64,000 bases of DNA from an uncultured Eubacteriales bacterium (lineage in GTDB: Bacteria; Bacillota; Clostridia; Christensenellales; CAG-138). The DNA lies in contig UQYI01000001.1 of NCBI GenBank assembly GCA_900545265.1, positions 4,145-68,144 of the forward strand. The letters run 5' to 3'. The notes beneath the pieces are model-generated. The model was not told where the DNA came from. It saw only the letters and a list, made by a program, of their open reading frames with translations, and searched no databases. Every line of letters begins with the position of its first letter. Positions within the stretch are counted from its first letter, which is position 1. Positions 42,607 through 53,148 of this stretch are shown here, piece by piece. The translations under genes were made by a program, and so were the position numbers.

Positions 42607-43680
42607 ATGCATCATTTTTCATCTATCCGCAGCAAGCTGGCCGCTTACGGCCTGGACGCCATTATGCTCACGGAGCAGTACAACCGCTTCTATGCGGCGG
42701 ATTTCCCCTCCACAGGCACCGACGGTCTGGCACTGATCACCCGGAACCGGAACTACTACTTTACCGATTCCCGCTACACTGTAGCCGCTCAGCGTCATGT
42801 AAAGGATGCGGTTATTTCCATCACCGCTCCCGGCCGGGGCTATGTGGAGCTGGTCAATGAAGTGATCGAAAACGAAGGCATCCGCAAACTGGGCTTTGAC
42901 GAAGGCTATATGACCGTTGCCGACTTCCGCCGCTATGAAGGAGCACTCAAGGCGGAGCTTCTCCCTGCCACGGCTCTTATGACCGGCTTACGGGTAGTGA
43001 AGGACGAGGAGGAACTGGAGCGCCTGCGCCATGCCCAGCGCATTGCCGATAAAGCCCTCACGGAAACCGTGCCCATGATCCGGCCCGGCGTTACCGAAAA
43101 GGAAGTGGCCGCCTACCTGACTTACCGGCTCCTGGCCAACGGGGCGGAAAACGTCTCCTTTGACCCTATCGTAGTTTCCGGCGAAAACGGCGCCATGCCC
43201 CACGGCGTCCCCAGCGAAAAGAAGATCCAGGATGGGGAATTCGTGACCATTGACTTTGGCGCCCTGAAGGACGGCTACTGCTCCGATACCACCCGAACCT
43301 TTGCCGTAGGCCATGTGACCGAAGAAATGGAAAAGGTCTACAACACCGTGCTCAAGGCCCAGACCACCGCTATTGCCGCTACCAGGGCCGGCATGACCGG
43401 CAAGGAGATCGACGGCATCGCCCGTAAGATCATTGCCGACGCCGGTTACGGCGAATACTTTGGCCACGGCTACGGCCACGGCGTAGGGGTGCAGATCCAT
43501 GAAGGCCCCAATGTAAACGCCCGGAATGACCAGCCCATGCCCGCCGGCAGCGTGACCAGCGCCGAACCGGGGATCTATCTGCCCGGCAAGTTCGGTGTGC
43601 GCATTGAGGACGTGGTGATCCTCCGGGAGGACGGTTATGAGGACCTGACTTCCCTGCCCAGGGAGCTGACCATTCTGTAA
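42607..43680 (+). CDS. M24-family Xaa-Pro aminopeptidase/dipeptidase
   Basis: Creatinase-like N-terminal domain, then metal ligand contexts DFGA..DGYCSD, GHGYGHGVG, EPGIY and IED. Confidence 0.9.
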   Translation: MHHFSSIRSKLAAYGLDAIMLTEQYNRFYAADFPSTGTDGLALITRNRNYYFTDSRYTVAAQRHVKDAVISITAPGRGYVELVNEVIENEGIRKLGFDEGYMTVADFRRYEGALKAELLPATALMTGLRVVKDEEELERLRHAQRIADKALTETVPMIRPGVTEKEVAAYLTYRLLANGAENVSFDPIVVSGENGAMPHGVPSEKKIQDGEFVTIDFGALKDGYCSDTTRTFAVGHVTEEMEKVYNTVLKAQTTAIAATRAGMTGKEIDGIARKIIADAGYGEYFGHGYGHGVGVQIHEGPNVNARNDQPMPAGSVTSAEPGIYLPGKFGVRIEDVVILREDGYEDLTSLPRELTIL

Positions 43681-43753
43681 GCATCCCCCGGATCGCTCAT
43701 GGTTTGTCCATGTGTGAAAGGATCTGCGGCGCCTAAGCTGCTGACACGTATTC

Positions 43754-43796
43754 AGGACTGCGAAGGAAGATATGTTTTCCCCGCAGTCCTTTTTTG
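43754..43796 (+). terminator. Rho-independent terminator after the M24 peptidase gene
   Basis: AGGACTGCG-(19 nt)-CGCAGTCCT followed by TTTTTTGA. Confidence 0.65.
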
Positions 43797-43854
43797 ATGC
43801 ATCCGGTACGGAGCAGCAAGCTGGAAACCGCTGTGAACCGGAGCTTCTTGGGGC

Positions 43855-44010
43855 ACGCAGGGTGGGGGCGCAGGTTCCGACTGCAGGTCGGAACGCTGCG
43901 GGGGCTCCCCCCCGCAGGCGTGCCGGAGGCACGCCTGCGCCCCCGGGCCCCGTATACGGCGCTGCTCCCGCATCCCTGCCCCTGTCCCTCACCTGAGCGA
44001 AGGCCCCGTT
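43855..44010 (+). repeat. GC-rich multi-hairpin intergenic repeat, copy B (type II)
   Basis: GGGGGCGCAGG; GTTCCGAC-tgcag-GTCGGAAC; CTGCGGGGG..CCCCCGCAG; GCAGGCGTGCC-gga-GGCACGCCTGC; GCGCCCCCGGGCCCCGTATAC. Confidence 0.75.
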
Positions 44011-44194
44011 TTTCGCACTCATGCTCGGCCAATCTCTCCCGCCGCCCTGTACAATAAGGAGCAGAGACGCATTCCCGGGCACCGTCTTACTTCCTGCCTG
44101 GACGTCCCTAGACGTGCAAACCCCGTACAGGCAAAGTCTGTACGGGGGGCTTTTATACTGTATGGGTCGTCCTGTTCCCTGGAAACCGGGGAAC

Positions 44195-44743
44195 TCAGGT
44201 ATACATGGCCATGGCGTTTCGGGTCATGGCGGAGGCAAAAGCGGCGATCTGCTCCCGGGGATATTTCCCATATCCCGTCAGGATCACCTGCAGCAGCCCA
44301 TTGGCCAGACAGGTAAATAGCATATCTATCTCCCCTTCGGTGGCTTTTGGCAGGCTGGCCCGCCACAAAGTACGGGTCTTATAGCGGGCAATGGCGATCA
44401 TCCGCTCGGCCAGCGCTCTGTCCTTCTGCTCCAGGATCAGCACCCGGCAGACCTGACTGTTTTCATCCATGATCCGGTACACGGCTTCCATAAGATCCTG
44501 CACATCCATCCCTCCTGCACTGGCACTGAGGGAATTTTCAAATGCCCGCAGCAGCCCGTCTTCCAAAGCATTCAAAACGGCATAGCAGTCGGCATAATGG
44601 GCATAAAAGGTGGCCCGGTTGATCTGTGCCAGAGCGCAGAGCTCCGTTACGGTGATCTTGTTCATGGGCTTTTGTTCCAGCAGCGTCAGCAGCGCTTCCT
44701 GAATGACCCGCCTGGTATAGCGGACCCGCGCATCTAGTTTCAT
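44195..44743 (-). CDS. TetR/AcrR-family regulator
   Basis: RYTRRVIQEALLTLLEQKPMNKITVTELCALAQINRATFYAHY (TetR HTH). Confidence 0.9.
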   Translation of the reverse strand: MKLDARVRYTRRVIQEALLTLLEQKPMNKITVTELCALAQINRATFYAHYADCYAVLNALEDGLLRAFENSLSASAGGMDVQDLMEAVYRIMDENSQVCRVLILEQKDRALAERMIAIARYKTRTLWRASLPKATEGEIDMLFTCLANGLLQVILTGYGKYPREQIAAFASAMTRNAMAMYT

Positions 44744-44970
44744 ATGATCCTCTCCTGTCCATCCATTCTTATTGCCCCGGATAAGCCCTGCCGCCGGCGG
44801 GTTTTGGCCGCTGACACAAACTTCTCACATTGTTATGCAACGCTTTCCCGGCAAGTGTTGGAAAACTAACATTTGGCTGCAAGGTGTACCTTGCGGCTCG
44901 GTTCTTATTGAGTATACTATACACATGAAAGAAAAACAACACCTGTACCGGTTGTTGAAAGGAGGCTCCC

Positions 44971-45969
44971 ATGTTTAACAGATATCTGGTCACCGGCGCC
45001 ACGGGCTTTCTGGGCCATACGGTGGTGCACATGCTGGCAAACAGGCACAAAGCGGTAACGGCTCTGGTGCTTCCCGAGGATCCGGGTGCGCAACGGCTGC
45101 CGGAGGGGGTGGACATCGCCCTGGGGGATGTGACCGATCCGGAAAGTCTGGAGCCCGTGTTCGCCTCCCTGGGGGAAAATGCCTGTGTGATCCACTGCGC
45201 CGGCCTCATCTGCATCGATACGGTGCCCGGCCCCATGGTACGCAAAGTCAATGTAGAGGGCACCCGGCACGTGGTGGATCTTTGCCGCCGCTACGGGATT
45301 CGGAAGCTGGTATACGTCAGTTCTGTCCATGCCATTCCGGAACGGAAGGACGGCTGTGCCATGACGGAGATCCGGGATTTTTCGCCCCAGAATGTATCCG
45401 GCGAGTATGCAAAAACCAAGGCCGAGGCCACTGCCTACGTGCTGGAAGCAGCCCGGCAGGGGCTCAACGCTTCGGTGGTGCAGCCTTCCGGCATAGTAGG
45501 GCCCCAGGATTATGCCATAGGCAGCCTGAGTTCCATGATCATCTCCTACTGCAAGGGCAAACTGCCCATGGGCGTGGAAGGCGGATATGACTTTGTAGAC
45601 GTGCGGGATGTGGCCGCCGGGATCCTGGCCTGCTGTGAAAAGGGCCGTCCGGGAGAATGCTACATTCTTTCGGCAGAGTATGTAAGCATCCGCCGAATGC
45701 TGGACAGCCTGTGCCATATTTCCAAAGGGAACCGGGTAAAACTGCTGGCTCCGGTGTGGCTTGCCAAGGCCGTGTCTCCCTTTGCCGAATGGGTCAGCAA
45801 GCTGAAGAAGGAAAAGCCCTACTTTACCCCCTATGCCGTATCGGTACTGGGCTCCAACGGCCTGTTCTCCCACGCCAAGGCCGCCCGGGAGCTGGGGTAT
45901 TCCCCCCGGCGCTTCTCCGTGACGCTGCGGGATACCTATCACTGGCTCAAGGGAGTTGGGTATTGCTGA
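44971..45969 (+). CDS. NAD(P)-dependent epimerase/dehydratase-family SDR
   Basis: MFNRYLVTGATGFLGHTVV (Rossmann motif GxxGxxG) and the Y..AK context YAKTKAEA. Confidence 0.85.
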   Translation: MFNRYLVTGATGFLGHTVVHMLANRHKAVTALVLPEDPGAQRLPEGVDIALGDVTDPESLEPVFASLGENACVIHCAGLICIDTVPGPMVRKVNVEGTRHVVDLCRRYGIRKLVYVSSVHAIPERKDGCAMTEIRDFSPQNVSGEYAKTKAEATAYVLEAARQGLNASVVQPSGIVGPQDYAIGSLSSMIISYCKGKLPMGVEGGYDFVDVRDVAAGILACCEKGRPGECYILSAEYVSIRRMLDSLCHISKGNRVKLLAPVWLAKAVSPFAEWVSKLKKEKPYFTPYAVSVLGSNGLFSHAKAARELGYSPRRFSVTLRDTYHWLKGVGYC

Positions 45970-45990
45970 TATCCCATAGATATAAAACAA

Positions 45991-46024
45991 CCGAAGCATG
46001 ATATCGTGCTTCGGCTGTTTATTT
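45991..46024 (+). terminator. Terminator between the SDR (+) and XRE (-) genes
   Basis: CCGAAGCA-tgatatcg-TGCTTCGG followed by CTGTTTATTT, with an A-rich left flank. Confidence 0.65.
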
Positions 46025-46035
46025 ATCGAAAAAAT

Positions 46036-46278
46036 TCAATGGATTTCCTGCTCAAGGTCGTCAAACTGCGATCCGCCGAAAAACTCCCGTATGGAAATGT
46101 TCAGTCCGTCGCACAGTTTTTTTACGGTGGATACAGTGGCACTGTTGTTCCGGCCGCTGAGAATGTTTTGCAGAGTTGACTGGGTCACTCCCGACATGGT
46201 CGCCAGCTTATTGCAGGTTATATTCCGTTCCTGACAGAGCTCCAATATCCGGAGCCGCACCGCTTCTCCTACCCGCAC
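46036..46278 (-). CDS. Small XRE-family HTH protein (80 aa)
   Basis: GTG start follows GAAGGAGG (the longer track ORF was rejected). ITCNKLATMSGVTQSTLQNILSGRNNSATVSTVKKLCDGLNISIREFF. Confidence 0.75.
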   Translation of the reverse strand: MRVGEAVRLRILELCQERNITCNKLATMSGVTQSTLQNILSGRNNSATVSTVKKLCDGLNISIREFFGGSQFDDLEQEIH

Positions 46279-46417
46279 AAAAGCCTCCTTCGCATAATGT
46301 AGGTATAGTATTGAATATTTTCTCCAAAAGTTACCCCTTTTGGGTTGACTTTTGGAGAAAGATTTGTTATGCTTTCCATGCGAAAGCGAATTTTGAATGA
46401 AATGGAAGGAAAAAAGT

Positions 46418-46924
46418 ATGGCAAGAATGGAAAGCAAGAGTGTAAGGGTTGCCCCGGCTGCAGAACAAATCACCATTGATCGGTATCAGAAATTCGGCTG
46501 GGTTCTGCTCGGTTCTCAGGAAGTGTTTAATAGGGATTCTCACCTGGAGGAAGGTGCCCCCGGCACTATCAACAGCGTGACCGAAACCACACATTTTGTA
46601 AAACTTGTTTTCCAGCGGGATATGGATATGCCTTATTACAACGAAATAAAGGAACTGGACGAACAGTTTGAAGTCACCCTGGATGAGCTTGACTCTTCCA
46701 AGCGTCTTCGGCGACGGTCTCTGCTCTGGTCCATTCCTCTGGGACTTTTTGTCATGATGTGTGCATCGGGCTCCAAGAGTATCGTCGTGGACATTGTCTG
46801 CCTGATCGGCGGCGCCTGCGTTATTGCCGGCGGCATTTATCTCAGGAAACGGGCCACAAAGCAATGCGATGAGCTGACAGCAAAACGAGATGAAATTCTA
46901 ACCGCCATAGCACATTATGTGTAA
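46418..46924 (+). CDS. Hypothetical membrane protein (168 aa)
   Basis: Start MARMESK follows GGAAGGA. Soluble N-terminal domain, then two TM helices (LLWSIPLGLFVMMCA, IVCLIGGACVIAGGIYL). Divergent from the XRE gene. Confidence 0.6.
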   Translation: MARMESKSVRVAPAAEQITIDRYQKFGWVLLGSQEVFNRDSHLEEGAPGTINSVTETTHFVKLVFQRDMDMPYYNEIKELDEQFEVTLDELDSSKRLRRRSLLWSIPLGLFVMMCASGSKSIVVDIVCLIGGACVIAGGIYLRKRATKQCDELTAKRDEILTAIAHYV

Positions 46925-46927
46925 TCC

Positions 46928-47401
46928 ATGAGATCACTTCGGTGCCCTCAGTGCGGCGGCGGGCTGCGGCCCGGCTCCGGGCAGGATACGTACCGCTGCC
47001 CTTACTGCGGAACGGAATACCGGTGCAGGATGCCGTTGCTGCGCAGTCCCATGGAGCGAAATTTTGTGGTGCGGGGAGGCATTTTAGAGCGTTATATCGG
47101 CCCTGATCAGGAAGTTCTCATACCGGAAGGAATCGTTCGCATTGGGGAAAGGGCCTTTGCCGGTTCCGGCATAGAAAGTGTCCGCTTTCCCGCTTCGGTG
47201 ACATATATTGCCGCCTATGCCTTTGCAGACTGTCCGCTGCTGACCCGGTTGGAATTCTGTTCCCTGCCCCATATGGAAAGCAGAGCCTTTTGGCATTGTT
47301 TTTCTTTAAAAGAGGTAAAAGCGCCCGAAGGATGGCATCCAAAAGAAAATGTTTTTCTGGGCACTCCTTACTGGACATCCTGCTATCCGGATCACATATA
47401 A
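46928..47401 (+). CDS. Zinc-ribbon plus BspA-type leucine-rich-repeat protein (157 aa)
   Basis: CPQCGG...CPYCGT zinc ribbon. IPEGIVRIGERAFAGSGIESVRFPASVTYIAAYAFADCPLLTRLEF is LRR_5-like. Confidence 0.7.
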   Translation: MRSLRCPQCGGGLRPGSGQDTYRCPYCGTEYRCRMPLLRSPMERNFVVRGGILERYIGPDQEVLIPEGIVRIGERAFAGSGIESVRFPASVTYIAAYAFADCPLLTRLEFCSLPHMESRAFWHCFSLKEVKAPEGWHPKENVFLGTPYWTSCYPDHI

Positions 47402-47543
47402 AAAACGGAACAGGATATTCCTCTCCGCAGCTATTATTTCCAGCTGCTGTTGCTGCAGCTTTACGATAATAGAGGTGGACTATCAGTATGCAAAGAGGGT
47501 GTATCGCTCCTCGAAAATATCTCCTAAAAAGGTACGGCACATA

Positions 47544-47582
47544 AAAAAACCGCAGTTCGCTTTTTGCGGCTGCGGTTTTGTG
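47544..47582. terminator. Bidirectional terminator
   Basis: AAAAAACCGCAG-ttcgctttttgcgg-CTGCGGTTTTG, between convergent genes. Confidence 0.65.
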
Positions 47583-47586
47583 CTGC

Positions 47587-47985
47587 TTATTTTGTTTCCA
47601 GTCTGGATTGGGCTTTCTGCATGAAGCGGTCCTCGCTTATAATGCATCGGGTATGGGTACCCTGGCCGATAAGCCCGGCCTCGTCATAGGCCCTGACCTC
47701 AAAGGTAAGGAGGCGGCCCTCCACCTTGACCAGCAGGCTCTCCGCCCGCACATGGCCTCCTACGGGCGTAGGAGCCAGATGCTGAATATCCAGCCCGGTG
47801 CCTACGGTACCCTGTCCCTTTTCCAGACAGGGGAGTACGCTTTCATGGGCGCAGCCCTCCATAAGAGCCACCAGCATGGGGGTGCCAAACACTGGCAGTG
47901 CCCCACTGTTCAGGGATCTGGCGGTATATGCTTCGGTAACGGTAAGTTCTTTTTTTCCGGTAATGCCGGGGGTAAGCATAAGCAA
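47587..47985 (-). CDS. Hotdog-fold thioesterase-family protein
   Basis: 132 aa. ...VFGTPMLVALMEGCAHESV...GTGLDIQHLAPTPVGGHVRAESLLVKVEGRLLTFEVRAYDEAGLIG is typical of small hotdog thioesterases. Confidence 0.65.
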   Translation of the reverse strand: MLMLTPGITGKKELTVTEAYTARSLNSGALPVFGTPMLVALMEGCAHESVLPCLEKGQGTVGTGLDIQHLAPTPVGGHVRAESLLVKVEGRLLTFEVRAYDEAGLIGQGTHTRCIISEDRFMQKAQSRLETK

Positions 47986-48004
47986 AAGCTCCTTTCGTGG
48001 ACAA

Positions 48005-48832
48005 TCAGGTCTGCATCCGGTGGATCAGGGTCTCATAGGTCTTTTCCAGTTCTTTATTCTCCCGCCAGGCACAGCCCAGAGGGATGCCGGGGCGATTCTT
48101 TCCATGGAAGTCGCTGCCGCAGGTGACCATGAGCTTGTATTGCCGGGCTACGGAAAGAAACTGCTCCGTCTGCCGGGGTGTGTTGCTGGGATAGAACGCC
48201 TCTATGCCCATGAGCCCCCAGTCCATAAGGGCTTTGAGCAGAGCATAAAAATTCTCCCGGATATGGCAGGGATGGGCCAGCACGGGGATGCCGTCGGCCC
48301 GTTGTATGATCTCTATAACCTGCTGAGGCGTAAAGCGTTTTTCCGTATAATAACCGGGGGTACCGGGCTTCAGATATTTGGAAAAGGCCTCCTTTACCTC
48401 GGCGGCATAGCCCCCCTGTATAAGGGCATGGGCAATATGCAGCTTGGTGGTGGATGTCTGCCCCGTTTCCATAAAGGGACGGATCTCTATACCGGCAGCA
48501 TCCAGCTGAGAGAAGATGATCTCGTTGCGCCTGTCCCGCCGTTCCCGGGCCACCTCCATGGCCCGCAGCAGCACCGGATGCTCCGGATCCACATCCAGCC
48601 CCAGAATATGCAGCTCATGGGGCCATTCGTTATCCAGCTCCACCCCGGGCAGCACAGGGACCCCCAGCTTCTTCCCCTCTGCCATCGCTTCCTGCACGCC
48701 GGAGATGCAGTCGTGGTCGCTGAGAGCCACCAGCGACAGCCGGGCTCTGGCAGCCATGCGAACGATCTCCGCCGGCGTATAGGTGCCGTCAGAATGACAG
48801 CTGTGGATGTGCAGATCAAATCTGTGGGCCAT
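48005..48832 (-). CDS. PHP-domain phosphoesterase (TrpH/YciV-like)
   Basis: Trimmed to MAHRFDLHIHSCHSDG; also LSDHD, GVEL and GSDFHG. Confidence 0.85.
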   Translation of the reverse strand: MAHRFDLHIHSCHSDGTYTPAEIVRMAARARLSLVALSDHDCISGVQEAMAEGKKLGVPVLPGVELDNEWPHELHILGLDVDPEHPVLLRAMEVARERRDRRNEIIFSQLDAAGIEIRPFMETGQTSTTKLHIAHALIQGGYAAEVKEAFSKYLKPGTPGYYTEKRFTPQQVIEIIQRADGIPVLAHPCHIRENFYALLKALMDWGLMGIEAFYPSNTPRQTEQFLSVARQYKLMVTCGSDFHGKNRPGIPLGCAWRENKELEKTYETLIHRMQT

Positions 48833-48954
48833 GGGCTTCCCTGGATGCAGGCTCCTTTCTTTGAATGTATCCGGGCCTCCGGTTTTGCCCGGCGACCGTT
48901 TTAAGAACGTGTATAAGCGACAGAAAGGCAAATCGCTCACCTGCCTTTTTGCGT

Positions 48955-49135
48955 GGAAACGATGGTGGGGGCGCACTGCGTGCCAGCAGGCACGCCTGCG
49001 GTGCGGATGCCCCGCAGAGTTCCGGCGGAGCAGCGCCGGAACGTGCGCCCCCCGGGCTGCGTATACAAGCCGATCCTTTACCGCAGCGCCCCCGACCCCG
49101 CCGCAGACCGGCCGCTTTTCTCAAGGAAGGCCGTC
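48955..49135 (+). repeat. GC-rich multi-hairpin intergenic repeat, copy C (type II, modules swapped)
   Basis: GGGGGCGCAC; GCGTGCC-agca-GGCACGC; GTTCCGGCG-gagcag-CGCCGGAAC; GTGCGCCCCCCGGGCTGCGTATACAAGCCGATCC ... CTTTTCTCAAGGA. It abuts the ftsH stop. Confidence 0.75.
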
Positions 49136-49139
49136 TTTG

Positions 49140-51122
49140 TTACTTATTCTCCTGCGTGCCTTCCGCACCGGAGGCTTCGGCGGTCTCTTCGCTGTTTGAA
49201 GCGGTTTCCGCTTTGGAAGCGGCGGAAGCCATAACGGCGTCCATGTCCTCACCCCGGTACACCCGCTCAAATTCTTCGCCGGTGACCCGCTCATACTTCA
49301 GCAGCAGGGCAGATACTCTGTCCAGTGCTTCCCGCTCCCGGGACAGAATGGTTCTGGCCCGCTCATACTGTTCGGTGATCTCCCGGTGCACCTCTTCATC
49401 AATACGCCCGGCGATCTCTTCGGAATAGTCTTTGCTGTGCCCCAGATCCCGGCCGATGAACACCTCTGCATCCCCGCCGTAAAACACGGGCCCCAGATCC
49501 TGACTCATACCGTACTGGGACACCATACGCCGGGCTGTCTGCGTGCTGTTCTTCAAGTCCTGACTGGCACCGGCGCTGATATCCCCGAATACCAGTTCTT
49601 CGGCCACACGGCCTCCCATGCACATGCAGATATAATCTTCCAGCCGCCTCTTGGTGACGTGGTCCAGATCATCCTTCGGCATGGTCATGGTATAGCCTGC
49701 CGCCATGCCCCGGGAAATAATGGAGACCTCATGCACCTTATCGCACTTGGGCAGCTCTATGGCCAGAATGGCATGGCCGGATTCATGATAGGCAGTGTAG
49801 CGCCGGTCCTCCTCGGAGATGATCCGGCTCTTTTTTTCCGGCCCCATCATCACCCGGGTAATAGACTCCTCCAGATCCTGCATGGAGATCTTTTTACGGC
49901 GGGCCCGGCCGGCCAGAATGGCGGCCTCGTTGAGCAGGTTTTCAAGATCTGCGCCGGTAAAGCCGGGGGTCCGGCGGGCCAGCACCTTCATATCTACGTT
50001 GTCTTCAAACTTCTTGTTGCGGGCATGCACCTTGAGAATGGCTTCCCTGCCGCCCACATCGGGGTAGCCCACGGTGATGCGCCTGTCAAAACGGCCGGGC
50101 CGCAGCAGCGCCGGATCCAGGATATCGGGGCGATTTGTAGCCGCCATCACGATGATCCCCTGATTGTGGGAAAAGCCATCCATCTCCACCAGCATCTGGT
50201 TGAGAGTCTGCTCCCGTTCATCATGGCCTCCGCCCAGACCGGATCCGCGGTGGCGGCCTACGGCGTCGATCTCATCGATAAAGATAATGGCGGGCGCACT
50301 GCGCTTGGCAGTGTTGAACAGATCTCTGACCCGGGAGGCGCCTACGCCCACAAACAGCTCTACAAAATCGGAACCGCTGATGGAATAGAAGGGAACCCCG
50401 GCTTCCCCGGCCACAGCCTTGGCCAGAAGGGTCTTGCCTGTACCCGGAGGGCCCACCAGCAGCACGCCCTTGGGGATCCTGGCCCCTACTTCGGTAAAGC
50501 GCTGGGGCGCACGCAGAAATTCCACGATCTCCTGCAGCTCCGCCTTTTCTTCGTCTGCTCCGGCCACGTCCTTAAAGGTCACGGGATTTTTGCTGCCGCT
50601 CATTTCCCGGGCCCGGGCTTTGGAAAATTCTGCCATCTGCCGGTTGCTGTTGCCCTGCTGGCGCATAAACCACCACATGATCAGCAGCACCAGTGCGCCC
50701 ATAAACAGATAGGGCAGCATCTCTTTCAGGAAATTTTCCCCTTTAGGCTGAGAAACGGAATACACAAAGGGATAGTCCGATGTGGATATGCTGTCTGGAG
50801 ATGCTCCCGTCTTTTTGGCCAGAAGCAGGGACAGATCCCGGTTAAAATCCTCTTCGGAAGCGGAGAAGTAAAAGTCTGCCTTGCCGGGCAGATCCTTCGG
50901 CTGATAGGTACTGCCGGTACGCAGGCCGTAAAACAGGCCGCTGCCCAGCTCTTCTTTCACGGCGGCGACCTTATCTTCTTCCACCAGCGTCAGGAAGTCC
51001 TTCAGCGTCAGTTCCACGGGCTTTTTTACCCCGCTGCCCATTAAGACCATATACACGATCATGCCCAGAACCATGCCCCAGAGCAGGATCGTTGTCAATA
51101 CACGTGTTTGCTTAGAATTCAA
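49140..51122 (-). CDS. ftsH: ATP-dependent zinc metalloprotease FtsH
   Basis: [22 protein letters not shown], and HEXXH motif AYHESGHA. Confidence 0.95.
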   Translation of the reverse strand: MNSKQTRVLTTILLWGMVLGMIVYMVLMGSGVKKPVELTLKDFLTLVEEDKVAAVKEELGSGLFYGLRTGSTYQPKDLPGKADFYFSASEEDFNRDLSLLLAKKTGASPDSISTSDYPFVYSVSQPKGENFLKEMLPYLFMGALVLLIMWWFMRQQGNSNRQMAEFSKARAREMSGSKNPVTFKDVAGADEEKAELQEIVEFLRAPQRFTEVGARIPKGVLLVGPPGTGKTLLAKAVAGEAGVPFYSISGSDFVELFVGVGASRVRDLFNTAKRSAPAIIFIDEIDAVGRHRGSGLGGGHDEREQTLNQMLVEMDGFSHNQGIIVMAATNRPDILDPALLRPGRFDRRITVGYPDVGGREAILKVHARNKKFEDNVDMKVLARRTPGFTGADLENLLNEAAILAGRARRKKISMQDLEESITRVMMGPEKKSRIISEEDRRYTAYHESGHAILAIELPKCDKVHEVSIISRGMAAGYTMTMPKDDLDHVTKRRLEDYICMCMGGRVAEELVFGDISAGASQDLKNSTQTARRMVSQYGMSQDLGPVFYGGDAEVFIGRDLGHSKDYSEEIAGRIDEEVHREITEQYERARTILSREREALDRVSALLLKYERVTGEEFERVYRGEDMDAVMASAASKAETASNSEETAEASGAEGTQENK

Positions 51123-51163
51123 AGAAACTCCTTTTGCCGGGGATCTTCCCGGCCAGATATGAT

Positions 51164-51730
51164 TTATTGCGCTTCATACACCCGGGGAGAAAGCACTCCC
51201 ACATAGGGCAGATTCCGATAATACCCCTTATAGTCCAGCCCGTAGCCCACCACAAACTTGTTGGGAATGGTAAAGCCGCAGTAGTCCGGGGTGATGGCGC
51301 ACTCCCGGCGCTCGGGCTTATCCAGCAGGCAGCATACTCGCAGGGAGGCGGGCTGCCGGGTAGCCAGAAGCCTGGTCATATAGCTGAGCGTCAGGCCGCT
51401 GTCCATGATATCCTCTACGATGATGATATCCTTGCCGGTGATGCTGGAGTCGATATCCTTTTTTATGCTGACGATGCCGCTGGTCTTCTGCGCGTCCCCA
51501 TAGCTGGAGATGGCCATAAAGTCCATCTTCATGTGGATGGGGGTGGCTCGGGCCAGATCCGTATAGAATACGCAGGCGCCTTTGAGCACACAGATCATGA
51601 TGACCTCTCTGCCTGCATAATCCCGGGCGATCTCCTGCCCCAATTCCCGCACACGCTGCTCGATCTGCTCTTTGGTCAGCAGGATCTCCGCCATGTCCTC
51701 TTCCATAAATCCGTGCCCCGTGTAAATCAT
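51164..51730 (-). CDS. hpt: Hypoxanthine phosphoribosyltransferase
   Basis: Start MIYTG follows GGGAGG. PRPP motif [14 protein letters not shown]. Conserved tilS-hpt-ftsH order. Confidence 0.9.
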   Translation of the reverse strand: MIYTGHGFMEEDMAEILLTKEQIEQRVRELGQEIARDYAGREVIMICVLKGACVFYTDLARATPIHMKMDFMAISSYGDAQKTSGIVSIKKDIDSSITGKDIIIVEDIMDSGLTLSYMTRLLATRQPASLRVCCLLDKPERRECAITPDYCGFTIPNKFVVGYGLDYKGYYRNLPYVGVLSPRVYEAQ

Positions 51731-51731
51731 T

Positions 51732-53066
51732 TCATACCTCCCGGATAGAATCAAACTGAAAATGAAGGATCTGCCGGGTGGCGGCGGTGATCCGCACCCG
51801 GTCGTCTATGGTATGGCCCGCCGCATACACGGCCCCGATGGCATCAAACACCACCGGCGTCTGCCGCAGGGACAGCGGTACCTTTTTATCCGTAAAATAG
51901 TCTGAAAACAGCTTGGAGCCCTTCATGCCCAGAGGGGTAAAGCGCTCTCCCCGCCGCCAGGGACGCACCAGCAGAGGCCCCTGAAGCGTTTCTTCATCCA
52001 CATAGGCTTCCCCGGGGCCGCAGGGGATGCAGGCTTTGCTTACCCGCTCCAGCAGCAGGGAGCCAAAGGGCGTTTCTGTCTTTTTTCCCACCTCAAGCGG
52101 CAGGACATAAGCCTCAGCTTCAAGGGTACCGGGGGCGTAAAGCCTTATGGCATCCCCTTCCGCCCGGGCAGTCCATCCCCCCGTCAGGGGCGCCATGCGT
52201 CCGCCCGGCCCGGAGAGCAGCCCTTCCAGCCGGCGTACATCCTCCCGGGTGTAATCGGAGGTATGGGCACGCAGGATCCGCAGCAGCACCCGTCTGCCAA
52301 GCACCGGAGGCAAAGCCTCCAACGCCCGGCGGCTGCCGCGGCAGTTCTTTTCCGCCTCCTCCGCCAGAGTTTCCAGATACCCGTCCTCCTCCCGCACCAG
52401 TGCGGCAGTATGGGCCATGTGCGCAGCGGCCTGAGGATTCACTGCTTTCAAAGCCTCCATGGCACCGTGACGGAGCCGGTTCCGATCCGCTTCATCCCCG
52501 GCGTTGGTGGAATCCGTGCAAAAGGATTCTCCCCGTTCCGCCAGATAGGCAAGGATATCCTCTTTGCCTGCTTCCAGCAGCGGCCGGACATACAGACCGC
52601 TTTGGGGCGCCATGCCCCCCAGCCCTCGAAGGCCGGAACCACGGATCAGGTGCATAAGCACCGTTTCCGCCTGATCCTCCCGATGATGACCCAATGCCAC
52701 GGCCTCTGCCCCGGTCCGGGCGGCGGCCCGGCGAAGAAACCCGTAGCGAAGTTCTCTTGCGGCACTTTCCACGCTGATCCCCTTCTCCCGGGCGGCGGCA
52801 GGCACGTCCCCTCTTTCAAACAGAAAGGGGATCCCCAGTCTTTGGCACAGGGCCCGGCAAAATGCCAGATCCCGCTCCGCCTCTCCCCCGCGGATGCCGT
52901 GGTGATAATGGGCGGCATATACGGCCCCCAGCTCCCCCTGCCGGGAAAGCCGAGCCAGTTCCAGCACCAGAGCGGTGGAATCTGCTCCGCCGGAAAAGGC
53001 CGCCAGCACAGCGCTGTTTTTATGGAGGCCGCAGCCCCGAAGAACAGCCGGGCAGATCAGCTCCAT
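51732..53066 (-). CDS. tilS: tRNA(Ile)-lysidine synthase
   Basis: PP-loop motif AAFSGGADSTAL, and the synteny with hpt and ftsH. Confidence 0.9.
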   Translation of the reverse strand: MELICPAVLRGCGLHKNSAVLAAFSGGADSTALVLELARLSRQGELGAVYAAHYHHGIRGGEAERDLAFCRALCQRLGIPFLFERGDVPAAAREKGISVESAARELRYGFLRRAAARTGAEAVALGHHREDQAETVLMHLIRGSGLRGLGGMAPQSGLYVRPLLEAGKEDILAYLAERGESFCTDSTNAGDEADRNRLRHGAMEALKAVNPQAAAHMAHTAALVREEDGYLETLAEEAEKNCRGSRRALEALPPVLGRRVLLRILRAHTSDYTREDVRRLEGLLSGPGGRMAPLTGGWTARAEGDAIRLYAPGTLEAEAYVLPLEVGKKTETPFGSLLLERVSKACIPCGPGEAYVDEETLQGPLLVRPWRRGERFTPLGMKGSKLFSDYFTDKKVPLSLRQTPVVFDAIGAVYAAGHTIDDRVRITAATRQILHFQFDSIREV

Positions 53067-53095
53067 AAATTCCTCCGATGATACTCTATATTATA

Positions 53096-53124
53096 ATGAT
53101 ACCCTTTCCCGCAGCTTTTGACAA
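53096..53124 (-). promoter_or_regulatory. Candidate sigma-70 promoter of tilS-hpt-ftsH
   Basis: Minus strand reads TTGTCA, a 17-nt spacer, then TATCAT, 30 nt upstream of the tilS ATG. Confidence 0.4.
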
Positions 53125-53148
53125 GGGTCTGGGCAAAAAAACGACGGC

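Noticed and set aside
42988-45999. Minus-strand ORFs 42988-44082 (364 aa) and 44917-45999 (360 aa)
   Set aside because: The first is antisense to the M24 peptidase and then runs through repeat copy B. The second is antisense to the SDR gene. Both have Gly/Pro/Arg/His-rich nonsense composition.
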